Positions 31,670 through 46,492 of a stretch of 64,000 bases of DNA are shown here, in pieces. The DNA is from Lingula anatina (Eukaryota; Animalia; Brachiopoda): positions 27,862,503 through 27,926,502 of the forward strand of contig CM120640.1 of the NCBI GenBank assembly GCA_051362555.1, read 5' to 3'. The stretch's first letter is position 1; the number at the start of each line of letters is the position of its first letter. The notes under the pieces were generated by a model. It worked only from the letters and a program-made list of their open reading frames with translations. It was not told the origin of the DNA and made no database searches. The position numbers were made by a program, and so were the translations under genes.

Positions 31670-33169
31670 CACTCTTGGTCAAAAAGGTTGTCACACCTTC
31701 AATCATATGTGCTTTTGTTTACAAATCACATGACAGCTGTTTAAGTAGTTATTTTATTCCATATATGATATTTTAACATGACTTAAGGTCAGGAAAAGCC
31801 AAAATACTGGTGAAAATATCCATGTTTAATACCATTTATTCAAATTAAGAACATGCACTCCTCAAATATGGGTTTCCTCAGTGATTTCCATAGAAGTAAA
31901 AATGCCATAAAATCGAAAAGACACCACCGTATGTCAGTAAATTTATACACAATTAGCATGAGAATGCGCTCTTTAAAAGTCACGCGTCTACTAGTGTATG
32001 CGTCTGCGGCAATTATCTCCTGTAGGCGGCGCGGCATGCTTAGAACAAGGGGTACAGGTTTGTGGGATATTGTCCCATTCTTCCCAAAGAGCCCGACAGA
32101 TTATTAGGGGCTTGATTTTACTCTGCACTGCGTACTCCAAATCAACCTTCAGGTACTGATAGGCTTAGTATTCAAGTTCAAAGTCTGTGGTTCCCTCCTC
32201 AGAACATTACATTTCTGCAAGAAATCAGTCAACAGACGAGAACTGTAAGTGTGTTGTCACGATAGTCACCTCTGAAGTCACCTCTTGCAAATGTAGTGAG
32301 ATATCAGTTGAAAATGTCACGGTAAATGGACTCATTAAAGTTCTGTTCCGGAAATCATGGGCATGGAGTGCACCCCAAACGCAGACTGTCCCGGCACTTC
32401 GGGAGATATTACCCTGCACACACTCTTCCAAGAGGTATCCCCCAACATATCTACGGACACTCATTCGACCGTCGAAAGGGTAAAACAAAAATTTCGATTC
32501 CCCAGCAAAGGCAACTCCCTTCCAGTGACGATTGGCCAAGTTCCGGCATCTCTGAGGCCAATGGCCGTGACATTTTAACCTGATACTTCACTCCATTTGC
32601 AAGAGGTGACTTCAGGGACGACTACAGGCTTCATCATGACAACGCACTTGCTCACAAATCTCGTCTGTTGATCGATTTGCCACAAAATCGCAATGATCTG
32701 AATGGGAATCACCATCTTTTATCTGGAATACTAAACATATTGAATATCTGAGGGATGAGTTGGAGTGCACGATGCAGAGAAAGTCAACTCCTTATAGTCT
32801 GAAACAACTCCGCTAAACTCTTCAGGAAGAATGGGACAATATCCTTCAAAACAGACCTGTAATCCTTGTCGGAGGCAGGCCGTACGCCTTAGACGCAAAC
32901 CCTAATAGACACGTGACTTTTTAAGAGAAAAATTCTAATGTTAATTGTGTATAAATTTGATGACATTCGGTGGCGTCTTTTCGAATTTATGGCTATTTTT
33001 CACTTCTGTAGAAATCATTGTGGAAAATCATATCTGAGGGGATGCATTTTCTTTATCTATGACGTATGGAATAAAAAAATATTTAAAACGGCTTAACAGC
33101 TGTCATGCTATCATTTGTAAACAAAAACACTTGGGGCTAGAGGTGGAACAACGTTTTTGACCAAGAGTG
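31670..33169. mobile_element. Tc1/mariner derivative with TA target-site duplication; fold-back structure of two inverted transposase 3' halves
   Basis: TA|CACTCTTGGTCAAAAA ... TTTTTGACCAAGAGTG|TA. Minus-strand remnants HWKGVAFAGESKF, VCVWGAL, MPRRLQEIIAA; plus-strand remnants HDNALAH, HIEYLRDELE, LQEEWDNI. Confidence 0.9.
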
Positions 33170-36100
33170 TACATTTATATTACTCTTCCGTCACCCCCAC
33201 CTACACCAAAACTATGTACGTAATTACAGTCATAGACTGACGATAGACATAGCTTATTTCCAGGTAACAGAAATTCGAACGTGAAATGAAATGATATAAA
33301 AATATCCAAAGACAATAACTGCGAGTCATAGGAAAAACGTAGGTCGTTTCATGTTAAGATAAGAATGCTTTTAGGCCCGATTTTGCATTAACTGTAACTA
33401 TCAAAATCTAACGGGAACTACAGATAACACAAGATGACACGTGGGGCTCTGTCGTGGTAATGGGATATAATGAAATGTTATTATCTGACTTCCCGAGGGA
33501 TTTGCGATGAGCATACTAACGTTATAACGGGGATGTGCTTTTTGTCAAAACCGTTATCTCTTTTATTACTTCAACAGGCAATTACTTATTTGATCGTTAT
33601 TTAGATTCTATCTCAGTGAAGTTTTGGTTTTTCATATCAGTCTGCCTTTGTGTCGATTACCAGTGATATTCTAAAACTCTCTATGCGGCTGAATATCGTA
33701 AGTAATATCGTACGACATTTATTTTCCGTGAGATTAAAAGTCGTTGATTAGGGTTCACGTCATGGCAGCATGGATACAATAGATCTAAACACCCAGGCGC
33801 ACAATTTCTTATATGATTTACAAAGAGACAGCATACGAATGACTTCAAAAACAAATTATTTTGTGCGTGAACATACGACCTCCCATGGATCTTTCCATTT
33901 TGTCCAGTGCCAGATCCTTCGAAATGAACCTAATTTCAGAGTACACCCTGCTTCAGTAATCGATAGGCCTACATAAAAATGACACCTGGGGCTGGTTTAT
34001 ACATATCTAGCAGTTACAATTTCCTGTCCTCACATATTCTGATATCTTTCCGGGATCAGACTTTTTCTTAGCTTAAGTAGGCTATACGTGTATCTCAGAA
34101 AATCAGGCGCTTTTAGAATCATTTGGTAATCAGCAATCTTCTCTCAATTCTTCAGCAATTTTATTTGTGGGTGTGTGAAATCTGCAGGACAAACTGTGTT
34201 TGGAGTGCAATACATCCTCCTGGATGTACGTCAACTAACACATTCGAAACTTTTTAAAACATAAACTCCAGTAGTAAAACTATCCCCACTCTTACAATTT
34301 TAAAGACGTTTTGGTTGAAACGACCAATTAAGAATTAAGAATTCGAAGCTAAATTGATATAAAGAAACAACTATTTTGCTCTTTGGATGGAAAACCAGGA
34401 CACAGAGGACTGGCGCCAATAACCAATTTTGGGAAAGAATACTACCCTCGTTATCAGTGACGTAGGGGTTTAGGGTGGTGCCTTATCTTCGCTGGATACA
34501 AACTGACATTATATCACCTTACCGTGACATTGGCCCTTTTGATTCGTGGGTGTAATATGTGACCAGATGCTTATGCAGTAATTACAACAAAACCGGTATG
34601 TGTTCATTACGTCTCTTTCTGTCTTCAGTTACATTTCCGGAGAAGTGAGAGACTGACAGTTAAATTGTTACCCTAGCAGGTGTAGACGACATGCCTCGGT
34701 GGCTGTTTCCTGTGAATTGTATACTTGGCAGTGGTCCGAGTGCAAAAAGCAATAGTTGAAAAAAATGTCCTTACAGTTCGACTTAAATAAACTGATTACC
34801 ATTGCTTCAAAGAGTCAGGTTAAAATCGTGTTACAATATTTTTTTGTGAAAAGTTCCGAATATCTTTTCATATCTTTTCATAAATCTACCCAGAGCCTCC
34901 ATGTTTTTTGGGTTTTTTTCATTTGACAATTATAGGCAAAATTTCTTTGTAAAGATAGTCACATCAAAATAAGCAAGTTTCACCTGCTAGATGAATCTAA
35001 ATACTGATTCATAATATCCATGTACAGTAGATATACACCTAATCACCTAATATATAACTCCCTATATTTGGCTTTTAACTTCAAAATAACTTGCAACATC
35101 GCCTTTTTTGTGAGATTTCAGTGCTTTTATAGGAACGCGATAATGAAGTCGCAGGGGAGAAAACAAGGCAATTGGCTTTGGAGACACAAGATGAGCTGAT
35201 GGTCCAAAAGTTCAATTTGGCTGCACCCCCACCCCCACCCCCGTCAGATATGGGTTTTATGATTGATTCTCATAGTTCAGACTCTATATCTTTTGATGAA
35301 TTCTTCAATATATATCTACACATCTACGATACTGGGTGAAAACAATGGGGTATCATCTTTGAAAGCCTGTCAAAATATTCCTATGTGTTGGATTACTATG
35401 GGGGGGGGGGGATGCTTTCATGTGAAAGGGATGAATTTGTCTTATTATAACAAACAATTTTGTGTTTCAAGACGTTGCTGTGTATTTTAAACTTTTTAAA
35501 TCTTAGCCAAAAATAACACTCAAACTGCGCTTAAATCTGGGACACAGACATACCAGTCTGTTTTCCAGCTGCACATTATGGAAAAGAAAGCTCTCAGAAT
35601 AGTATTATTGTTATGTTTTTTGGTCATATCAGGGATCATTTACGGCACACACACACTGGAAAAATGTAAAAATTGTTCTTCGTCGCAAATGTTGATGGGT
35701 GAAGAAAACGGGTTATTGTGCTTCAGGACAAAGAATGATCTCCCATACACGTGAACTATGCAAATCCTTCAACTTTGGGAAAACAACTAGGTGTAAGGAA
35801 ATCCTGTCATCTGAGCGTGGAATCGCCGATGTTATGACCCAATCCTGTTCCGATTCCTTCAGAGACGCACGACAGCGAACCACAGCTAGTGCGTAGTTTC
35901 GTTGTTCCATTTATATTCGGCCCAGGAACCAGGCGTACAAAGTGGAACTTCCCATTGATGACGTAAGATGAATATTAAATGAGAATAATTAAATAAGCTA
36001 TATCCGGTTCCCGCTTTTCGTCGTGCAACGCGCGCGAGGCGAATTCATACCATCGCTGTTTAACCGCCGATTCCGGATCGCAGCGTGCTTTCCCATCTCT

Positions 36101-37699
36101 GTGAAGTAAGTGCACTTTTCACTGATAATTTTTACATGTGTGTAATGTTACATTTTCTAAAATTTGTAAATAAAGAGCAAAATATGATGCATATTCTAAG
36201 CGGCGCGATGTTAAAATTTAGATGTCCATGTCCAATTGTTGTTACCCAGTACCGTGGGCGTACATATATATGTATCTTTGATATGCTTTTAATTTTATTT
36301 GACGTTTTCCAACATGCCCATATATATATATATATATATATAAAAAACCCGTATGCCTTGAATCCGGAAAATGGTGGCCATTTTGTTTGTTTCCGGTACA
36401 AGCGTACACTTTTTTAAGCCGGCAACAAGCAGAAATAAACAATAAAAAGAAAAACAATAATTTGAATTTAAACAATTCAGGTTTTGAACTAAAGGGATCA
36501 ATAATAAAACCTTTATCTGACGGGGGAGGGGGGCAGCCAAATCGTTATGTAATTGTCTGCATGATTTACTTTCTACATCTCCTTTGGGGGCATGGTTGCC
36601 ATCATGGTGCGCAAAATAATCATGAGCTAACACCCACAATTGCTTTTGAAACCTTTGCAAATCTATCACGTTTGAAGAGCCGCCTTAATTAAACTTCCTA
36701 TGGGGTACCGGTGCGTTTTTAATGGCTCTTTCAGAGGAAGCATGTTTTATTCGATAAGTGTTACTGATAACTCTGCAGGATAATCTAAAGCAGTTCGGAG
36801 GGTCGATATCATATCCTTGTTGAGTTTGTTCTCAGTTATGCGTAATACTGCTCCTACCGTGCAACAAATATGTCACTGACAACTTTCAACCCTTAATAAG
36901 CAGAGCAGTATCCACAATGATTTTTAAAGTTACCCACCTCTTCCTTGGATACCTCACTGATTCAATATTTCAAAGTGTAGGGTATACTGATGATTCTTCA
37001 AAACGCCACCTTTTAAAGGTCCATAGAAAAATTTTATTCGATAACTATTTAGCCTATATACATTGACGTAAACCTAACGCTTAAGAAGCATTAGTGTGAA
37101 TATTCAAGACAAGAAATAAAACCGGTGTCGTATCTGTTCGAATAACAAAAAGGAAAGGGATACTCTGGAATCCATACTTATTCTCAGATAGTGTTCATAA
37201 TATTTGCCAATGCAATGCAATGTCATGATGACACCTGATGACCATTGTTGTAAGTTTAAACATAATGATAATCGAAAATCTCTGCAGTCTTCAGAAACTT
37301 CAAAGCTTAAGGTTTATCAAACAGGATTCACTCACTATAAGATATAAGCAATATCAATCTTACTCAAGTGGTGTCACATGTTGAGCACGCCAGAAGTCCC
37401 ATTTAATTGAACGATTTTTCAAAATGTGTCACTTATAAGCCAAACGCCATTCCCTATCCAGCATACTTTATTTATACAACTCGTCTTGAAAAATATCACT
37501 GAGAACTTAGTCACAGAGTTGTGGATAGGTCGGTTAGTCATCTTAATGAATTTTGAGAATCTTAATTGCTTTCTTCCCGTTGGGCGCCTCATATTGGAAG
37601 ATATTACTTGAAAATAAAAGCATATAAAAGCATACCAAATGATCACTACATTTTACAAGAAGTTAAATTCTCGTTCATGAAAAGGGTATTCATTTCTTT

Positions 37700-39050
37700 C
37701 AATGCCACGCTGACAATTTTCACTAAATCATTGATACACAAGGTTAGGGCAATTCTTAATAAACAATATGCAAGTTATGGATGTGGAACTAAATCATTGG
37801 GTAATGCTCAATTGGTGATGAGAGTTGCATGTCATATGTGACCAGTCTAAGCAGAATGTAAGGTCACATGTACGTTTAGGCCCCTAATATAACGCAAGCG
37901 TGTGCAGCTGCATGTAAAATTTTGCACAGCGGGTCTGAAGAGCAACTATGTATCGTCGCATATGCAAAGAGTAGCTGGCAAGTTTTGGGGATATGGTGTG
38001 CTGGACGCAAACAAAAAGAAAATTGCTCTTCATCTTGAAGTGAGTCAAGAAACCATCTGTAAGACCATCCAAAGGTTTCGTACAAAGTACCATGTGCAAC
38101 CAGGCAGCACCATAGGTCGTCCTCGTAAAACTACAGCTAAGGTCGACAGTATACTGTACAAGACGTGTAGTCAAAAGAGTACTTTCTCAGCACTTTCTCT
38201 GAGGAACAGAGGCAAAAAAAAAAAAAAAAAAAAAACAGTTTCTAGACGATCAGCAGACACCTGATTCATGGCCTCGGCCAAGAAGTTCCAAAGGGCCCAA
38301 CAGAGGAAGAACTACATGTAGAAAGAGGAAGAGCTAGGAATGGACCCGACAACTCCATTGGCGTAAAATGCATCTTTGCAGATATGTTTGGTTTTCTGAT
38401 GAAGCAAGATTTCTTCTTCGTGGCGTTGTGAGCAGACTCCATGCTTCATGCCAAGTTTGGAACAGATAACCCGAAGACCGTGAGGTGAAACGCCCGCAGT
38501 GGTGGTTCTACCCACCTTTGGGCTGCCGTTCCCTTTTAAATTCGAACCAATCTGGTGTTCCTCAGAGAGAGCTAGCTGGTGACGTGTACATGCAAGTTCT
38601 GGCCACAGAAATGGTGCCATTTGCTAGAGCTCATTTGATGGTACCTTGTTGTAACAATATGACAATGGCCCATCTCAACTTGAACGCACAAAACAACAAT
38701 TCTTCAGTGTTCAGGAAATTAACCCAGTGGACTAGTCTGATTTTTCCTGCTTTAAATGGTCTAGACAGTTTTGCCTTTAGGTGACTTTGCTTTTCTCTTT
38801 AATCTCTACCTTTGAACATAACGTTGGCTTTTCTCTATAAATTACCGATAATTCAACAAATTTTAATTGATTACAAGAAGGAACCCAGCAAATAATTCTC
38901 CTCAAATATACTGTAGCTTGAAGGTAGAACATGGAATTATAATAAAACCCTAATGATCTGGTTGTAAGTTGCATTTTTTCTTAGTTTTAACTTATTGAAA
39001 TCGTACATACAATGCTCTTTAGGAATACTCCATCATTTTTAGCAAGAGTG
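37700..39050 (+). mobile_element. Degenerate Tc1/mariner transposon (transposase pseudogene)
   Basis: HTH-like KKIALHLEVSQETICKTIQRF, GRPRKTT linker and WFSDEARF (first catalytic Asp), with frameshifts and an internal A-run. Right terminus TTTTTAGCAAGAGTG resembles the TIR of the 31.7-kb element. The left TIR was not found, so the start is approximate. Confidence 0.8.
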
Positions 39051-42000
39051 TTAAAAAGGATGAGAAGAACAAAATCATTATAAGGACCTTTTCACCAACA
39101 GTTTAACAAAACTAGATCAAACCAGAACTGTCGTCTGTCACCAGACAAACAGGCGCCATGGATATTCATTTCACTGCGGAAAATATACTGTATTTATTAT
39201 GGTCAAAATCTAGTTCTTTTCGAGGGAGAGGGATAAAATTTAACAATTTCTTTTACTCGCACACCGCTTTCACTGACATGCTGTTGCCGCTTGAAGTTCA
39301 TCGGTAAGTACGTGCTGCAGAAATGTACGTAAAATAGGTTATTTCCAACCGTTTTTTTTACACTGCGACTCATTATTGCTCCTCTTAACCAATGTTTACA
39401 TCTTTGAGGTTTATTTGCGTCATTGGCATTTAATTAAGGGATAAGACATCGCTTCCAAGTTGTCAATTGCTTACGCAGGTGATATATGAACATCGATTAA
39501 TGAATCTAATGCGTGTGTACAGGTCGTTTCAGATCTCATCAGTTACGTCTTCTAGCCATAGGAACTTGTAAAACGTAAAAAAATTGCCAGACACCAATGT
39601 CTTTGTTTTTTTACGTGCTATAGATATGGAAAGTGAAGATTATTATCGCGACTACTCGATATCTGCAGTATCTTTATATCCACATGGATATACATGTATC
39701 AAGTATACACGTATGTACAAAATTCGATAAAAATGACAATAAGATTCATAATACAAAATAATTGGTTAGTCGATGTCCTTTTGACTATTGACTTATAGCG
39801 GAGATTGGGTCGAATGATAGTTGATTAGAATAATGGTCAAATACTGCTGTCCAGTAATTAGGGCCTACTCTAAATCTTTGGACTCTCAGAAAATGACCTT
39901 TCGTGCAACGTGCACATTGTCTGAAAGACATAGTGCCTTTATGGGTTGTTGTAAGTACAGGATCTTTATTAAAAAATGAGGATATATAACTATTTGATAA
40001 TAGAACTCAGGCGATGTGATGTGATCCCATCTTTAAAACTCTAGGATGCTCAAGAAAGCAGATGATAGTTACCTCTAGGGACCTTGCTTTTTGTATGAAA
40101 GGAAACAATAAATAACCCGGTGCTGATATGGCCATATATAAAAATTGCATTTCGGAAACTGGAATTGGTACTTTTGCCTAACCGGTCTGCACTGGGAATC
40201 TAGGGTTCGAATATACATATCTCATTAATAGGCCCACTAATCTTTTTATACTCGATGATAGGGAAATTTCTGGTTCTTACTTAAGCCCATACAAAAAAGC
40301 CTCTGACCGAGAACCTCAGTATATGTCATATAATGTTTTATGTCAACTGTCACTTTGCCATGAGTTCAACTTAATGATTTCGTATTTATCTACATAACAT
40401 TTCCATTCTGTCACAGTGAATAAAGAAACAATATGACAGGAATGCGGAAAACATGTAAGTGGACTGCTTATATGAAAAGATAATATTATATCAATTGTGA
40501 AAATGCATTAACGTAAATAAATCTTACACAAAATAAAGCAATATATTGGTCTACAAAGTCAAAACCTTCATAAATTTTTTTCTCTTATTGTCTGTATAAC
40601 AGAATCTCAAATACTGTCACACTGTAGCCAAAATGAATAAAACAAATGTGCTTTAAACTCATGTAACCGAAGAGCTTTCACCCCTTTCTGTCTTTTTAAT
40701 TACACTGTAGGCCTATATTTCGGCAATGGATAATCGCGACTTACATAAAATATGGTTGTTGGAAACGGCAAAACATTACGGTGAAAGAAAAAAATTATCT
40801 TTAAAAAATCTGATGGTTATTTTGATAATACTAAGCCGAAGACAGGTGATGCAGTATGGTAGCAATCTATGCAGGCGGGTGATTTACTTGAGATATCATT
40901 TTTCGGGTGTGTTTAGAACGTTAGAATGTTGCAGTTAGAAAGCAAACTGTCTAGATGGTTTTGTCGACTAAATGTGATACAGTGACAATCTTTGACAGGA
41001 CTCTTTGTTACATACCAGTCATTGCCTTGCAACCGTTCAAACAGAGCAGAGCATCAACGTTTACTCATCAAGTATTTGTGTTTTCTGTAGTGTCTGTCTA
41101 CCCGGTTCCAGTTGCATGGTTTGATTATAGGATCTTAAGAAGCTTTGGTATCAGGTTCAATTATACAATGGCTCTAGATAAATATTTGATTGACCGATAA
41201 CGCAGTTGTTTTAAGCCTAACATGATCATGTCTTTATTGTTTGCCACAGCTTCGTCCCAAAAGTTCATTTCCCAGGCAACAGAATCACTGTTTGATTTGT
41301 TTAGTGGTCGTAATAAAACCCAGAACAGACCCTAAGCCAAAACAATCTTTAGAGTACTGCTTTCCTATTGCAGTGATCTATCTATCCTTCTATCTATCTG
41401 AGAAATGAGAAGATATATAGTTTTATTGAACCAGTTATTCTTAGGGTCAGCATTTACACAAGTCAGCGATTACAGGCCAGAACATATAAAACATAACCAT
41501 GTGCCAAACGGGAATGATCCAAAATTTTAGAAAAAAATTCAAAACACGAAAGTGCTGGAATCTAAATGGGTACTACTTAGGGAAGCAACCGTGAATAGAA
41601 AAGAACGGCCTCACAAACTTTCTCATATATACATGTAATTGTCCCCATTATGCACCATATGAGGTATTCATACACTTTATGAAAAACCGAATATATATAG
41701 TGAGTAAAATTACCGACAGCTTTCAGTTTTGAGCAAGGCTACATGAGATCTAGACGTCTAGACGAAACGGGAAAAAGGAAAAATCTACATGTACTTATAA
41801 ACATCATGAGTATTTTTTTCATTTAAATATACATGTTCCTTGTAGATTGCGTGAATTCTGTTTTTTTTTCTGCAAAGACATCCCATCAAACACGAAACAT
41901 TATAAAGACGTTAGTCCAGCGTTTATATAACCAAATAACGTTATGTGTTTGTTGGGATCATTCGTGCAGAAGACAATTTTTTCAAGACATGCCTGTGTCG

Positions 42001-43729
42001 AGGTTTTCAAAGTGACGAATGAAACGTATGTCAATGAACATTGCTAAATGCTACGCACCCGCATTATCTCATTGGTCTGATAGACAGATGAGTTTCGACG
42101 CTGAACTAAACAGACACACAGCGTAGGAACACGTAAAATACATAAAGACTCAGTTCCTGATAGCAAAATTGCGGGGTAAACTAATTAAATGTAACAAGGG
42201 AGTTTCCTGTACTTGCCCTTTCCCTTGATGACAGTCTCATTATATGTCACAAATGTCAATGAAACAAACGTGACTGTATCTGAGTTTGTTTCATTAGGTT
42301 ACATGAAGGAAGCTTTGGATCAACGTTTCGTTGATTATTTATATATATATATATAATGTTTTTATTTCCACAGATTCTTTGTAAAGCCTTTGCCATAATC
42401 ACCCTGAATATCAGACAGCACTGGAATTCAGCGTGCCTCCAAATACCATTTTAGAAACAATGTGATTACTATGAATTTCAGATACAACTACGACTCCGAA
42501 TTTTCTTATTTGCAAAAGACCGAAACTCAATAGCGATAATAATCTGTGTGCATTTATAATTCTTTTTCCCTTTTTCAAAGAAGTTGGGAAGAAGAACAGC
42601 AACATTTAGTCTTTCGGTATCTTTCAAACTTTTTATAAATGTAGATTGATAGCACTAAAAACAATGACCAACCTTCCTTAAAATTACGTTATGTACAATG
42701 ACACGATGCGATTCATCCTTGTGCATGAAAGAACTGGTCAAATTAAACAGCATCTTATGTGAACTTGGTAAAGACATTGGTGATAAGCGCAATATAAATG
42801 CCAACTAAAACGAGCGGATGTTTGACTCAATCGGCCTTACTTTCTTTGGATTTCCCAGGCCAGTTAGTAGTCGAGGTTTTACCACCCGGCTTAGACTTTG
42901 AAAGGGTATCAGGAACGATCGTATCTTATGTTTAACTGGTTGCAATGATGTGTATCTCTTCGCCTGTCTTAATCTTGGCTGTCTCTGTCTTTGTCTTTTT
43001 ACATGTCTTTCTTTCTGTCATTTTGTTTTTCTGTAAATTTGTCCGCGGGCGCACGTGTTTGTGTTCTTCGCCAAACTGTTTATCCGCCCGTCCGTTTATC
43101 GACGTTTTTAAGAAACCTGTATTACCTGTCCTTTTTGGTTCTGCTTAATTTTGGAACTTTTTCACATTCTTTGAAAGCATGCAACCACTGCAGCTAGTAT
43201 GCTGGCGATCGGATTCATTGCTACCGACTGCCAAGTACCAGTATAACGTACTCGGGTTTTAAACGTCTGCTTTTAGGTTTTTAGACAATGCGGAAACAAA
43301 CATTACCATAATGTGGGATAATGCTGTAGCGTCAAAAATGATGGTGTAACAGCAGCGTTTTTGGTATGAAAATTGTAATGTTATATACGCCGTTTTTCTG
43401 TTTATTTTATCAGATTTTATAGGAAATTTTCTTGAAATGCTTACCTCAGTTTTATCAGTAAAGAGGCGAATTAATGTCCTTGTTTAATGGAACGACGTAA
43501 TTATGGGCTGACACTGCTAACCAAAATTTGATACATTACTAATTATACGTAACGCTGGTACCAGACTGTAGTGCACACGCTCGTCGTTGACCAAGCCAAG
43601 ATCTAATATAATTAAAGAGTTACTTCGGAAACTGATCACTATCTCACACCAATTTCAGTTTGAAAATGTTCAGATGAAAAAATAAAGACATTGTTGCCAA
43701 ATGCATGACTTTACAACGTGTCGAACCTC

Positions 43730-43850
43730 TTCACTTCTATATTTTGAGTGCTCGACGAGCAGACAACAAATACCATTTGTTATAACCCTTTTGGGGCATG
43801 ATCCAACATTCTATCGCACTGTGAGGGAATTTTCTGCCACTATTTCTACC
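43730..43850 (-). mobile_element. Degenerate tRNA-derived SINE fragment
   Basis: TGAGTGCTCGACGAGCAGACAACAAATACCATTTG...TCTATCGCACTGTGAGGG...CCACTA resembles, from memory, the reverse complement of common molluscan SINE head and core regions. Heavily diverged. Confidence 0.35.
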
Positions 43851-45424
43851 TGACCAGTTTACTAAACATTCCAAATAGCAACCAGTGACCGACCACTTAT
43901 CGACCATGAAGCATCCATCTGAAAACACAGCGATACAATTGGCTACTCTTCAAACACGGTGACGCTTGAACTACTCCTGTACATTGGAGACCACTGTGCT
44001 TCTTTCAAGCCTCCAAGGACAAGTTTCATTGTTCCCCAAAGGAGGCACAAACCGCACAAAGAACGCCCTCCCGTGTAAAGAAGGGTTAAGCAGAATATCT
44101 GCCCAGTTTCATCAACATTGAATATTGCTATCCTACGGATAACGCTAGGCCTTTCTGTTGGACAAAATATCCTGTGTACTGTTATCTTAAGGAAAGTAAT
44201 TTCAGGACAAAAATATCCAAAGTTTGTGGAGCATTAACTTATTTACCCTAACCTGTGACCCACTCTTGTGTTAAGATTGTCTCCAAATAACAGTCCTTGT
44301 CACATGTTTTTATTGTCAAATCATCCTAGCTCAGGTCTTGACTCAAAAGCTTTTCCAACAGCCAAAGGCCGATCAGTAATAAAAAGAAAGTGCAAATAAG
44401 CAGTGTTTTGTCGGCTTTCTGGTTGATTTCCAAAGCCACTTTCCATTTGATAATTACATTTTGTACGAGGCAAGATTCCATTCCACCAAGATCACATAAT
44501 TAAGATCACACAAAAACAAGTTGTGTCGGAATTCACGAGGAATTTAGATACCCCGTCGGTAACCTGCAGCCACAACATATGGACTGTTAAGCCGAGAACG
44601 TATTTGGTGGTAGAGATATGAGTGAAGGTGGATATTATGCTCATTCTACAGGTTTGAACGGGTATATTTGTCTGACAGAAGTCAATAGGCCTACATGCAT
44701 TGTAATAGAGAGAGACTGAGAGAAGTATAACAGTACATGAGGATGACCTATTAATCATCTTTTAAGTAAATTACAGAGATGCCTCAAGATGCTTTATATT
44801 AGCACTGCGTTTTCGAGCTATGGTGCCAGATGTATTTTACGAAAGTAGTTTAGTCGAAAATTCAATGCAAACCGAAATCAAATGCCTTGAAATCGAATAA
44901 AGTGAAATTGTACAAATTTGTTATAGGGAAATTGAAAAAATCTCAAGTTTGTTAATATAAAGTTTTCGCCTTATGTATTTTGGCTTTTTGCAAATCCTGC
45001 TATAAATCTTATGAAAAGCAGTGTTCATGTTTGTCATAAACTACCTCAATCAAATTCCCTACAGCCCTGAAATTATGCTGCCGATGATTAATATATAAAT
45101 AAATCAGAACATGCACAATTTACTTTAACCACTGATCACTTTGCGCTTTCCTGGAACTATTGCACAAAATGAACAAGAATTGATGGGCAATAAGTGCGTT
45201 AATTCAGTTAAGTCTTCGTCATATCTTTTGGGTCTCCAACCTGATTATTAGCTAAACAGGATCATACAACGTGGAGATGAAACTAGAAATGACATCAGAC
45301 GAAGAAACAATTGAATAAAATCGAAAAAAAGGGAAAGGGCCGTGGGAAAAATTAATTGTGCAGTTACACACCACTTTGTAGGTTAAGCATTACACTTTTA
45401 CACAGAGGGAAAAAACCCTTTTTT

Positions 45425-45455
<31 letters not shown>

Positions 45456-46398
45456 TTTGACAACTGTCATCTTTAAAGTTTCTAATATTTGAGAAACTGT
45501 TGAATTTTTGTCGCAACACTGCAGCTGGACCAAAAACGGATTTATAAATTCATAGATTTTATTCCTCATGGTTGTGGATAGGTATACCGAATTGTTATAT
45601 ATATAATATATATATTTGACGGCCAATGACCCTAAACCATAAGCCTTTTATGAGCTTGTTTTTATGACACGTTTGTCCACACACTTAATGATGTGTTGAT
45701 AAACCGCCCGGTATCCTAATACTTCAGGTTTATTAGAAACCATCGCTCTTTTTTTTTTTTTTTCAGCTTCCCCATAATCCGTTTACATAACGATCTATCT
45801 GTACAGTCAATAATGATTTATGTTTCCCAGCGACAAAGTACCTTTACGGTGCCACAGAACAAACAACCCCATCAATAGTCGAATAGGAAAGAGGTGCGTA
45901 TATCTAGGAACTATTCACCGAGTTCGCCTACGTCATGCAGTGGGATGAATATATGTACTCCAGCTCATCGCTTGAATTCTTTAGCGCATACGTTTACGCG
46001 ACTTACAACATGGGGGCTCCTGTCGGAATCGATCACAGGTTGGGCGCGTGAAGTATTGGACATTGGGGAAAATCTTCCGAATATGAGCGTATGCAGCTTA
46101 CAGACTGGGAATGGTATTCAAAGGTACGTTTTCTTTTCACAAAATGTCATATTGCTTTATCATTAGAAGCATTTTAAGACGTCTTTTTTTAATGTCAGTC
46201 GTGATAAGAAGATGCAAACGTACAGGTACGTACATTTTTAAGAATTCAACTACAAGCGTTAGAAACATATTTAAAGAGATTTATCTGCTTGACTATTGTG
46301 GGATTATTGCGAATGTAATATTCGAAAATATAACTGGAAGAAACCTAGGACGACGTGAAAACCTCTCTGAATTCTGTCGCAACAGTTGTTTTAGCAAT

Positions 46399-46447
46399 AT
46401 CTATCTATCTATCTATATCTATATCTATCTATCTATCTATATCTATA

Positions 46448-46488
<41 letters not shown>
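46399..46488. repeat. (TCTA)n/(TA)n microsatellite
   Basis: Directly visible. Confidence 0.95.
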
Positions 46489-46492
<4 letters not shown>

